Below, one piece after another: positions 49,748 to 62,161 of a stretch of DNA of 64,000 nucleotides; the stretch's first letter is position 1, and each line of letters starts with the position of its first letter. The stretch is from Glycera tridactyla (lineage: Eukaryota). Below the pieces are notes generated by a model, which saw only the letters and a program-made list of their open reading frames with translations, searched no databases and was not told the origin of the DNA. The DNA lies in contig OZ286459.1 of the NCBI GenBank assembly GCA_965644265.1, positions 75,020,001-75,084,000 on the forward strand, written 5' to 3'. Both the position numbers and the translations under genes were made by a program.

Positions 49748-50659
49748 AACCTACAATTCAGAATTTTCTTGCAGACTACTTTCGAATCAGACCAAGTGAA
49801 ATCTACAATTATATACCACCAGACACTAGACCACCTGCCGGTATTTTAAGGGGCAGCTTTTATATTGGACATAGATGAATATACCTCGATGAGACTATTT
49901 TGAGACTATTTTCTCGTGACATTTAGGGTAGTCTTTCATCACAGACTTCTACCAAACAACATGCTTGTGACAGGTAGGATAGTTTGAGATCCAGCATGGC
50001 AGAGAGAGAGAGAGCATAAGTTGGATCGAGTAGGAGGATGAGAATGTTTGATTCTAATGAGATAGAATATCAGCCTGAGGCAGCTCAAGACCCCCAAAAT
50101 CAATCGCAAAATGAATCCAACAAATCAATTCAAAATCATGGAATGCAGAGACCAAGGCAGGGATGCATCCAAGAATGATGCTGCTGTTTCAGCCAACAAC
50201 TTTCTGTCAATAGTAGGTTTGATAACTGTTGAACTGTCCGCAAGGATTCACAATGAATTAGAGCATGAGTAGAGTTGCTGAGTAATATGCACTAATATCA
50301 GTGTTATCCTAACAGTGACGTTGATGAGATAATGCTGAAATTTCGGAAATATGGATCGATATTTTTTAAACTACCTCGATATATCTATAAAGATACCGGC
50401 TCTAAACCTTCCAGCAAAAGTTTAGGCAATTCCTCAGCTTCAATTTTCTATCCCATTTTCGGAATTCATAGAATGTTTGGGAAAATTGGCACCACTATCC
50501 AAACATAGCCTTCACTGAAGGCGCACCTCGTCTCAATGAAGCCAACTCAAACGCCTCGAATATATGTAACACATAGATGACCCAACTCATGCTGTGGAAA
50601 TCAATTTTCAAACAAAGGTTGGATCTATTAGCTGTTACTCATCAGAAGTCACGTCTGGT

Positions 50660-52920
50660 TCACACTGACATTTTTGTCCCCAAAATCAAGCAAGGTTGTC
50701 ATCGGTCCCCATCCATTGCAGGCATTTGTGAAGGAATGTTATGAAAGGCATCAGTGTCAAGTTTAGTGTGTGGCTAGGGGCAGCAACAATCTAGAAGAAA
50801 AATCCATTTCTGAATATCCACTTTTGTCCCAAAAGTCGATCAGCATTGTCAGGAACCCTGATCCCTGGCTTGCATTCATTAGGGAATAATATAAATTGCA
50901 TCTGTACCAAGTTTGAAGTGGCTACGGAAAGCCAACATCTTTAGAAAAGTCCATTTCTGAAAAAACAATTTTCACCCCAAAACCAACCAGGCCTGTTGGG
51001 ACACCCAATCTATGGCTTGCATTCATTAGGGAATGCTATCAAGTACATCTGTACCAAGTTTGCTGTGGCCACGGACAGCCAACATCTTTAGGAAAATCCA
51101 TTTCTGAAAAAACAATTTTCACCCCAAAACCAACCAGGCCTGTTGGGAGACCCCATCTATCATATGGCTAGCATTCGTTAGGGAATGCTATGAACTACAT
51201 CAATACCAAGTTTGCTGAGGCTACAGACAGCCAACATCTTTAGGAAAATCCATTTCTGAAAAACCAATTTTCACCCCAAAACCAACCAGGCCTGTTGAGA
51301 GACCCCATCCATGGCTACCATTCATTGAGGAATGCTATCAAGTACATCTGTACCAAGTATGGTGTGGCTACAGACAGCCACCTTCTTTAGAGAAATCCAT
51401 TTCTGAAAAAAACAATTTTCACCCCAAAACCAACCAGGCCTAATGGGAGACCCCATCTATGGCTTGCATTCATTAGGGAATGCTATGAACTGCATCTGTA
51501 CCAAGTATGGTGTGGCTACGGACGGCCACCTTCTTTAGAGAAATCCACTTCTGAAAAACCAATTCTCACCCCAAAACCAACCAGTCCTGTTGGGAGACCC
51601 CATTTATGGATAGCATTCATTAGGGAATGCTATTAAGTACATCTGTACCAAGTATGGAGTGGCTACGAACAGCCACCTTCTTTAGAAAAATCCATTTCTG
51701 AAAAACCAATTTTCACCCCAAAACCAACCAGTCCTGTTGGGAGACCCCATCTATGGCTAGCATTCATTAGGGAATGCTATTAAGTACATCTGTACCAAGT
51801 ATGGAGTGGCTACGAACAGCCCCCTTCTTTAGAAAAATCCATTTCTGAAAAACCAATTTTCACCCCAAAACCAACCAGGCCTGTTGGGAGACCCCATCTA
51901 TGGCTAGCAGTCATCAAGGAATGCTATGAACTGCATCCATGCCAAGTTTGGACTGTCTATGAACAGCCACCTTCTTTAGAAAAGTCCATTTCTGAAAAAA
52001 CAATTTTCACCCCAAAACCAACCAGGCCTGTTGGGAGACCCCATTTATGGATAGCATTCATTAGGGAATGCTATTAAGTACATCTGTACCAAGTATGGAG
52101 TGGCTACGAACAGCCACCTTCTTCAGAGAAATCCATTTCTGAAAAAACAATTTTCACCCCAAAAACCAACCAGGCCTAATGGGAGACCCCAACTATGGCT
52201 TGCATTCATCGGGCAATGCTATGAACTACATCCATGCCCGGTTTGCTGAGGCTACAGACAGCCAACATCTTTAGGAAAATCTATTTCTGAAAAACCAATT
52301 TTCACCCCAAAACCAACCAGTCCTGTTCGGAGACCCCATCTATGGCTAGCATTCATTAGCGAATGCTATTAAGCACATCTGTACCAAGTATGGAGTGGCT
52401 ATGAACAGCCACCTTCTTTAGAAAAATCCATTTCTGAAAAAACAATTTTCACCCCATAACCACCCAGGCCTGTTGGGAGACCCCACATATGGCTAGCAGT
52501 CATCAAGGAATGCTATGAACCGCATCCATGCCAAGTTTGGACTGTCTATGAACAGCCACCTTCTTTACAAGAGTCCATTTCTGAAAAAACAATTTTCACC
52601 CCAAAACCAACCAGGCCTGTTGGGGTACCCCATCTATGGCTAGCATTCATTAGGGAATGCTATGAACTACATCTATGCCAAGTCAGGTGTGGCTATGGAC
52701 AGCCAACTTCTTTAGAAAAATCCATTTCTGAAAAAACAATTTTCACCCCAAAACCAACCAGGCCTGTTGGGAGACCCCATCCATGACTTGCATTCATTAA
52801 GGAATGTTATGAGATCCCTCTGTATCAAGTTTGGGGTGGCTGGGCACTGACCAGAAACTCACCAGAAATAACTAAGTTCATTCATTTCAAAAAAGTAATT
52901 TTTTGCCCCAAAATCACCTA
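50660..52920. repeat. 147-bp tandem array inside HINE 1 (13 conserved units plus about 3 degenerate edge units)
   Basis: ACCCCAAAAC anchors at 50974, 51121, 51274, 51421, 51568, 51715, 51862, 52009, 52156, 52304, 52451, 52598 and 52745. Confidence 0.95.
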
Positions 52921-53034
52921 TCTCGCACATATTAGTCTTTCATGGGCAATATACAATCACAGGGGATGAAGACACATGTTGAAAATCAACTGCAAACTGA
53001 ACATGAAAAAATTGGATCATCAGAAATAGCTCAA

Positions 53035-53400
53035 AGTCCCATCACTTCAAAAAACCCAATTTTCATCCCAGAATTAATCAAGCAGTTCACTGGGATGCTA
53101 CCTTGATGATGGCTAGATTCATTAGTAGATGTACTGAAGTATATGCATGCCAAATTCCATGGAGCTGGGCACTCTAGTTGCTGAGCAATGTGACTTTAAC
53201 ATGACTTCAACATTGCCCCAATGACAGAGTCCCATCATTTCAGAAAACACAAGTTTCAACCCAAAATTAATCAAGCAGAACATTGAGATGGCACCTTGAT
53301 GATAGCTGGATTCAATAGTAAATGTACTAAAGTATATGTGTGCCCAATTACATGGAGCTAGGCCCTCTAGTTGCTGAGTAAAGGGACTTCAACATGACCT
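53035..53400. repeat. Two diverged copies of a ~193-bp unit inside HINE 1, related to the 147-bp monomer
   Basis: AGTCCCATCA at 53035 and 53228, each followed by AATTAATCAAGCAG...ACCTTGATGAT...CTCTAGTTGCTGAG. Confidence 0.75.
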
Positions 53401-53425
53401 TAACGCTGACCTTAACGCTGGTGAG

Positions 53426-53463
<38 letters not shown>

Positions 53464-54569
53464 AGTGACCGCAATACCTCCCCTCAACTTCGTTGAGACG
53501 AGGTAAAAAGGATGCCAATCATATTTACAAATCATATATGTTTAAGGGGCTATGAAAATAATCAGGATGGGAACTTTTATCCCTAGTTATGTTACCAAAA
53601 TATTCATGTACACCCAGGATGGAAAACAAAATTTCAGAAATGAAGTTATTACATTTCTTTCAGTGTCCTACATTATAGTAGACATATCTCACATTGGTTG
53701 TTCTCGACACAGAATTTTTATGCTTGTAACCGATGTAAACATGTACCAATAATTGCTATGGCTAAAAGCCCACAGTGCTTGTCAAGTGCTAGAAAGTAAT
53801 GCCTCAAGCTCACACAAGTGGATTTGTGAACCAATTTGATCAAAGTAGTTGTTGGCCAAATGTCCATTTCCTAGTAAATGCACTACCGGATTTCGACAGG
53901 TTCCGGATTACATTGAATTGGGATACAAATCCGGCAATATTACCTGAATGTTGAATGAAGTCATGCGTGCAGCGAACCGGAAGCTTCGAATGGAAAAAAC
54001 AAGTTAACGGAGGAGTAGACGCTTCACCTCCCACCGCTATTGCTTTTCTATTAATATGTTTCTTATAGTCAATTCCTGATTGTCTCAGCTGTAAAGGTGA
54101 CTCATCAGGTCCATCAGACCTGCATTACATTTCACTGGAACTGACTGTAGGCTGGTGTGAGAGAGGCATTGCATAATGAATAAGTTTTTGATCAATAGCT
54201 GGGCCAATGCACTGAAGACGTTTGCCCTGCCAGCACAACTCTTCAATGATCAACATTCGCAAAAAGTACTCACTCAATATGATATCTGGAGAAAATGAGT
54301 CAAATAATAAGAATATGGTGGTATTCTTCTCATGGTGACTCTATGTGTTACAGAAGGGGAATTCACAAGACACTAAATCATGGTTATTCCTTGTAGAACT
54401 GCCATGGATTACTTATAGATGCAATTACTCAACAACAAAAACTGTTGATGATGAGGACAGAAAAAAGAGAATTGCTCCCATATCAAATACATCTCAAGAG
54501 AAAAATAGGGCTCAGATTGCTGTTCTTGCAAGAAAGTGCTGCCCACTGGTGTTATATCAAATTTGTCCT

Positions 54570-54722
54570 CTGTGTGTGTGCATGTGTGTGTGTGTAGGTA
54601 TGTGTGTGTGTGTGTGCATACACATGCATGTGCTTTCGAGTATGCATGTGAGTATGGACATGCAATTTTTGTACTTGCGTGTGGGTGGTTGGGTTGATGT
54701 ATTGGTTGGTTGGTTGGTTGGT
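54570..54722. repeat. Compound (TG)n and (GGTT)n microsatellite
   Basis: Direct reading. Confidence 0.85.
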
Positions 54723-55102
54723 TGTACAGTTATATGGTCCACAAGTACCTTCTGGCCTATATCAAAATGTCCATGCAATGGGCATGGGTGTGATTATTCA
54801 AGACTCCTCCTTCAGGGTCCCCAACAGAAATTCACAGCCACTCCATGTGTCATTTCTGACTCTGATGCATTCATCTGCATGCATGCATACACGTGTAAAA
54901 GGCACACTGGTGAGATGAATACACATTTGCATCATTGACGGGTTGCTGAAGTAAAGGGTGGTTGGTGGCTGCCAGAGTATGAGCGAATGAATACACACTG
55001 TGCTGATGGATGCTCCCACTAGCTTCCTGCTTCACTGCTAATATGAATGTTCTGAGACTGCCTCAAACAATAAACATGTCTAGATGCATCTGACATTGAA
55101 AT

Positions 55103-55255
55103 NNNNNNNNNNNNNNNNNNNNNNNNNNNNNNNNNNNNNNNNNNNNNNNNNNNNNNNNNNNNNNNNNNNNNNNNNNNNNNNNNNNNNNNNNNNNNNNNNN
55201 NNNNNNNNNNNNNNNNNNNNNNNNNNNNNNNNNNNNNNNNNNNNNNNNNNNNNNN
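55103..55255. other. Assembly gap
   Basis: N run. Confidence 1.
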
Positions 55256-55276
55256 CATGTGCATAAACACATGTGT

Positions 55277-55279
<3 letters not shown>

Positions 55280-55340
<61 letters not shown>
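55280..55340. repeat. (CA)n microsatellite next to an assembly gap
   Basis: Direct reading. Confidence 0.95.
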
Positions 55341-55341
<1 letters not shown>

Positions 55342-58300
55342 CACTCATGAACTTCCCTGACATAGTTTGGCAAACATACAAGCCAGACTGAGTCAAATAA
55401 ATACGACCATGCTGAAACAAGTGAAACAATGGCTCCTGACATTTTGGCAATTTATGGCAATAACTGTTCAATGCCAGTGTCCTAATAATACTCAGCTAAT
55501 CAAGTGGAATCCTGGAAAGAAATGTATGAATCACCCACTATCATTGCAACCAAAACTCTCCTTTGATACAGTGTATTTCATGGCCTAGGGTCAACCATTT
55601 CTGTCTCAGATATAAACCAGCCTCATGAAAACAAGTTTTGCTATATGAATACATTTCATCCATCCAGATGTCAAGTGAAAGAGAATGTGTGCTGACAAAT
55701 ACAGCCATGAAAATTGGGCTATGCCCAAAGGGATGCCTTTCACTGCACACCATCACTATTTCTGCCACAACTAGCTGCAGCAATTATCGGGGCTCAATAG
55801 AGCGGGTGCATTGCCATAGCAACCAGTGCCACATTTTCAGCAGGTAACCAAGGTAGCATACAGGGAAAGAGGAGGAGGAGGAGCATGAGGGATCCAGTAC
55901 AGCCATCCGTCAAGGCTAGATGGGGGAAAGTGGCGGTGCAAATCAACATGGAGATGGACTGCAATGCCTCAACATGTATTCCTTCAGAGTGTCCATTGCT
56001 GAAGTATTTCACAGAATTATGCATCCAATTCCAGTGCAATTTCACATCCACTTATTAGAATAAAGCACATTCAGTCCTGAGCAAAAGTGTCATATTTCTT
56101 AAATAGTTCATGACCCTGGTACCTCAGTAATGCTGAAAATGGTACCTCAGTAATGCTGAAAATCTAACAAGTGAAAAAAAACATAATATCATGTGCTCAT
56201 TGATTTTTTTTCCAGACGATAAAAGGGTGATGATTTTTCCAGCAATTCGAGATTGTATGATTCAACGCATGAATGAACTTTCTCTACGAGGATCACAAGT
56301 TTGTTCTTGTGAATGCCTCATGAACATGCATGAAGACAAGAGAGAATATAATCAGACACGGTACATGGATGGGAGTTGTTGAATGTCTAGTGCTGGAATG
56401 TATGAGATGATGCACAAGTCAAGTACATATCGGTCACCATCTTGATTACATGTCTGTCAATCACAGATGAAATCTACATGTTTCTGGCTGATGCCTACAG
56501 CCCCGAGTTGACATGGTAACTTAAGTGATTGGCACAACCTAATACCCAAAAGAGCAAAGGTCAGAGGATTGACTCACCATAGCATTCTCCTAATGTCATT
56601 CATACATATAATGCAGTTCATGCATTTACACAGATATTTAGAAATTTGTAACATTGTGGGGTGATATCCCTTTAACAGACCTACTCGAACTACACATGCA
56701 GTGCCAAATTGATGTACTAACTTGCACGTTTGATGATGATTTGCGGGAAAAATCAGGACAATTTTCCTGTAATAAGATGAGGTATCACCATTTGTCAGTC
56801 GTACGCCACCTTGGGCTCTAACAATCCACGAGAACCATCAATGAAAACATTTGTGGTACCTCCAAAGTTGTCACCCAGCCTAGAGCGACGCAAACAGACT
56901 TTTGACTAGACAGAACAATGGCAACCAAATCACTGAAAAAGATTCTGGTCTTTCATTTCAATCATGATATATAATATGGGATTATTGGACTTGGACATGT
57001 GTCTGCAATGACGGGGATTGCTGCATCCTGGATTTAATAGTATAAATCAGAGGTGGAAATAGCTTAACAATAGGGAAGGATGGGTGGGGGGAAGAGATCA
57101 ATCTGTACTAGAGAGCAAGTCCGATGGTCTGGATATCCTCACAACTTTGAAGTGAGTGGCTAGTGAATCACATTCTAGCAGGATATCTGGGCAGGTTTCA
57201 TGTGAATCGAAATCCTCACGCTGCAAGCATCCTTATGAATAATTATCAGTTCCTGATCATCACTGGATTACTCACTAGTTGTGTTCACTACTTCAACATG
57301 AGGTATATAATGAGACACTGTGAATAATGAAGCTGGCAAATGTTCTCTTCATTTCATTCATTCGTTCAAAAAAAAGGAGACATTGAGGTTTCAATAAATA
57401 GAGAACATTGAGGCCGACTTTCCTTGCTGTCTCCACGATTTATCCAGTCAGCTAGGAACTGTTGCAGTTGAATAACAGATTATGCCAAAGAATACCATCG
57501 CAGGATACTTCTGTCCATCCCTTCCAAGATAGGCTATGTTGCATGAAGGGTAGGAACACTTACTCTAATATTGTGACATAGAAGAAGGTTAAAATTACAA
57601 CTCAAGTTGAAATATATCGAGGAAAACTCTGCTGATCATTGTGGCAAATTTCCAATCAGTCACAAGGATATTTTGGCAAAATCAACATTTTTGTCTTGAG
57701 TCATCTGAATTTGGAGAAACAAACTGCTGAGAAATAGAAACAAATCATCCTCGAAATTTCATTCCAAACACTGTAAGCAAATCCACAAAAAAATGCAATC
57801 TAATCCAAGTGTGTTTGTACAGGCAGTGGGCAAAATAATCGGCTGAATCAATATTGAAGAGAAAGATACATTGCGAGAGCTTTTTGCCTGTTGATACCAA
57901 ATAGCGTCAACCACTTTTGTGAACCCTCATAAGTGACATCACTCCCGACAATTGGGAGTTCTATCAAGAGATGGCATCCTTCCATTAACTGCTTTCGATT
58001 CTCCTCACTCATCCCAACTCAATGGATGACACACACACAATCCATACATGTGTTATCACAAGTCGAAAGCTGCTCTTAAAAACGTTGACCACAATTCAAT
58101 CTCATGCAGGACAACTCGTCACACGTTCACATCTGATGATAGGGTGAGCAGAAATTGGATGGTTCCAAGTGTAATCTACACAATACGATGGCCTTTTTGT
58201 TGAATCTCATTTGATTCAAGTCATCAAGTACCATGCAATGCACTATCACAGGCCACTAAGTTTTTCATAAAATGAATATACTAGTCCAAACATCTAGATA

Positions 58301-61300
58301 TTAGAATTTGCCCATGATGAAGCATATGACATTCATGAATAGAAGATCATCCCCGAAATAGATTGCAAATATGGTGTTGTCAGAACAAATTTGAAAAGTC
58401 AGATATTTTCGTCAATTCATGAGAACGAAACTTTCCATGTAATAATGCAAATCATCTGGTATGATATGACCTACAGTCAGAGATACCAACTCTTTGGGAA
58501 CACCACTTTTTGAGAACCTATCCCATAATCATAACATTTTCAACGAAATCTCAGCCATTTGTGGGTAGGATGAAACCCTTTGACAGAAATCAAGAGTTCT
58601 TCAATCCGGGATTATTTGCATTGATTAACCAATTTCACTAAAGTTAATGCTAAACCAATCCTCTTATGTGAGCCAAGGAATCCTAAATGTATCTCTAAGG
58701 GACCATCCTCTCCATTGGAAGAATTTTGTTGTCATTTAAGGTGATTGCCTTTCACATATCACCAAAAGATTGAAAGGTTGTTGAAGCCAACCAAAATAAA
58801 CATCTCAGTAATAATATAATGTGATATCACAAAGAGAGAAACAATTTTCTTCACACCTAACTTGTTTCACAACATACTAAAAAGGCCCTCTGGTCGATTC
58901 AAGGACACAAAGTCAGCAGAGTTTAATCTCTGATTTAGATAAAAATAGGAGCTGAACAGCTGAAGAGAAGCAAAGTTTTTCCCATCACAGAGCCACACTG
59001 AATTAATTCAATTTCACGACAGCATGGTATTTGTGATTGCTTGTATCAAGAAGGACATTGGGCTGGGTTTGTGACTCTTTTCTCATCAGTGTTGTAGTTT
59101 TGGATGACATGCAGACATAAAAAGACAGATGGACAGAGAAGCAGAAAGAAACATAAACTGGCACTGAGAACATGGGCATCACAGCATAGCAGATGTGACA
59201 CTCACGTTATGATAAATCAGAACCAACCAACCACAAAATTATGTACATCACAGTCATACTTTGACCAATGTGTCACATTGAATGCCATAAAAATTAGTCA
59301 TTCACCATCATTTTCCAACAGACTGTCCTGGTTTTCTGATAAAACCTAGGCAAATGTTTAAGAAAGCGAGAACAAGTGAATGTAGCACACTAGAATGGAC
59401 CCAGGACCAGTCAGTGGCATTCATGTTTCTGAGCCAAGTTGTGGCTAATGAGACCAGGGTATGGATAAAGGTGGAAATAAAGAACAAATGATGAGTATAG
59501 AATTGCTTCGCACCAATAATGGTAGCCAGATCTCCTCTACTAAGCCTCTCATTTCAGTTAACAGCCAGGGGCCTGTTTCTTCGGAGAGTAGCTACACTTA
59601 CGAATTGTATATGTTTTGGGGGAGACCATAGCATCTGAGAATGCAGGCTCAATCTGACTACTCTGGATTCTTGTTAAAATACGTCCAAGCCCTCACTACA
59701 TCTGCAATGATAGTCTGTTAACTTCAAGAAAACGGAGAAGAGATCCAACTGAGAAGAGAGTTTTCTCAAAGTCAACAAACCATACCATTGCCTACTCAGT
59801 CTGCATGCTTGTCCGCACTTCTCTGTCTAGGTAATATGAGAATCTGCAGTGATATGTCACATATCAGATATCACGAAATAAGCATACTCAATTACAGTAC
59901 TTTTCATGATTAGCTGCTCACCTTCGGTAAATGTATAATTTCTCCATGTCCATGATACAGGCAGGCTTTAGACAGGTCAAATGGAATGCATACATCATGC
60001 TCAGGTTGAGGTCGTCTCTCACTCTCCCAACCAAGCTATGCCTGACCCACTATTCAAGATTGGCAATTATGAATCCCTGAATAGAATATCATCATGATGC
60101 AGTGATGACAAAATATATCTATCAGATCCTGACCGTTTTCGGTCTCGAGGACTTAGCTCTGCACTTGCTAGAAGAGTATGTTCTGGTTGAGTTGTATGCA
60201 CAATTACCATCATGAGTTGATATGTTGCAATGCACCACAAGGGAGCTACGATTGTAGAAATATAATCATTAGACTATTTCTGCTATACTTCTGCAAGCTG
60301 TATGACTGGATTGATTGGTACCCAATGATCACTTAGCTCAGGACCTCTGATTATTATTGGATATTTCCTAGGCTCAGCAACAAACTCAGATAAACAAGTC
60401 ACAAAGATGTATATCTCATTTGCGAAGGCAGCCATGAGTCTCAGTCAAACACTTGTAGCTGGATGAAGCCACAATATGCCACAATTTCATCGTACTCAGA
60501 CAAGAGGCAGCCCAATCATTGTTTCCCATCATATCATATGTGAGAGTAATGTAATGAACAGCGTAGCTCTTTTTCTCGACGACACAGTAGACTCTCAGCA
60601 ACAATGATGAGATCGCCCTTCATCATGGATAACAGCCCCGCCTACATAAAGACCCACGACTCACTGATGAGCAATCATCATCTCAGCACCACAAAATGAT
60701 TTGGTCTTATTCACGAGTCTCACAAAACGACAGTGAGAAAGGTCACCACGGCAGTAAGCGTTTCACTGCTTATTCAAGTGTCTGGCATAATGATGTGGAT
60801 GAATTCATGCCTAGCACAATATCTAGCAGTAAATTATCACTAATCAGGGTTGTCTATGATGATGAATGTGATTGCAGATGCGATATCAGCACATGATAAG
60901 GCAGAGGGAGTGCTGCCTTTATGGCATTCATATATTGATTACTTCCCGGGAGAGGAAGGCCTACTAGGCTAGCATGGGCCCAATTCACCAGAAGGGAAAC
61001 TATCAATACAACAAGGCATGGTCTATCTCTGTACATCCAATCGAAGGCAATATAAGAAAGATGGCCCCCTTTGACCTTCTCAGAGCTATTAGAGTTGTCT
61101 TTTGCCAAGTTGGAGATAGGACAGTGCCACCTACAGGGCTTCCAATACACCATCCAGGTACTCTCTCATACAGGAGGTGGGATTGTATGTGCTAAATCTA
61201 AAAGAAAGCCACTGATTGATGTATGTCGGAATTTCAGGCATATGCCTAAATATAAACATAACATATGTGCGGGAAGCTTGAAGAATTTCATGATGGGTAA

Positions 61301-61447
61301 GTCTTACAAGTAATATGGTCAACTCCACAATTCCATTTTGCACAAGATGCATGGATTCCAGACAAATATTGGGAGCCATTTCAGGTCACAGCAACTGCAT
61401 GGCAATCGATATCATTTTGATGAAATGACAACAAATCATGCCCTCTC

Positions 61448-61650
61448 NNNNNNNNNNNNNNNNNNNNNNNNNNNNNNNNNNNNNNNNNNNNNNNNNNNNN
61501 NNNNNNNNNNNNNNNNNNNNNNNNNNNNNNNNNNNNNNNNNNNNNNNNNNNNNNNNNNNNNNNNNNNNNNNNNNNNNNNNNNNNNNNNNNNNNNNNNNNN
61601 NNNNNNNNNNNNNNNNNNNNNNNNNNNNNNNNNNNNNNNNNNNNNNNNNN
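61448..61650. other. Assembly gap
   Basis: N run. Confidence 1.
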
Positions 61651-62161
61651 CCATTCTGTCAATATATGTATGCAAATATATATCTATATGCCAAAGGAGG
61701 ATTTGAGTTCAATGAAGCCAGGATTTAGAGGAGCAATCTGCCTCTGGACCCCAGCTCCCCGCGTCCTGGGGACCACCAGTCATAGAGGTCAGACTGGCTA
61801 ATGTTTATAACAATACAATATGTGTGGAAGTAATATTGTACTAGATGATGGCAACAGTGAGCCTGGCATCCCAATACTGTGCACAAAAACTGTGTCGCTG
61901 TCAGGCCAGCCAGACGGCTGATATACTGGCCACTGACAGGACAAATAGATATATGATTGGTTAGATGTCCCGCTCTAAGGGGATTTGCAACCATCTGTAG
62001 ACACTGTTTATGATTGAACATACCACAATAACTACATCTACCTTACAGAGTTGATACTTCAGAATAAGGACATCCTTGCTATTTTACTACATTAGAAATC
62101 TTATGAAACCAGGCCACAAATCACATACATATGAACGCAAGATGTTGCGGCACCAATAATC

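Larger units (their letters stand above)
50501..53509 (-). mobile_element. Complete Helentron-type non-autonomous element (HINE/DINE-1/Pearl-like) with central tandem array
   Basis: 12-bp subterminal inverted repeats ACCTCGTCTCAA (50525-50536) and TTGAGACGAGGT (53493-53504). Hairpin CTCAAC-ttc-GTTGAG overlaps one subTIR, and terminal hairpin CCTTCA-c-TGAAGG is at 50509-50521. Also (GACGCC)6 at 53426-53461, A/T-run ends, no TSD and central repeats. This is the established DINE-1/HINE architecture. Confidence 0.85.

Noticed and set aside
54345-55471. Long ORFs of 150-197 aa, and similar ones at 9682-10058 and 35802-36137
   Set aside because: Produced by (TG/CA)n microsatellites or N runs. Only the 9733-9833 part is a real exon.
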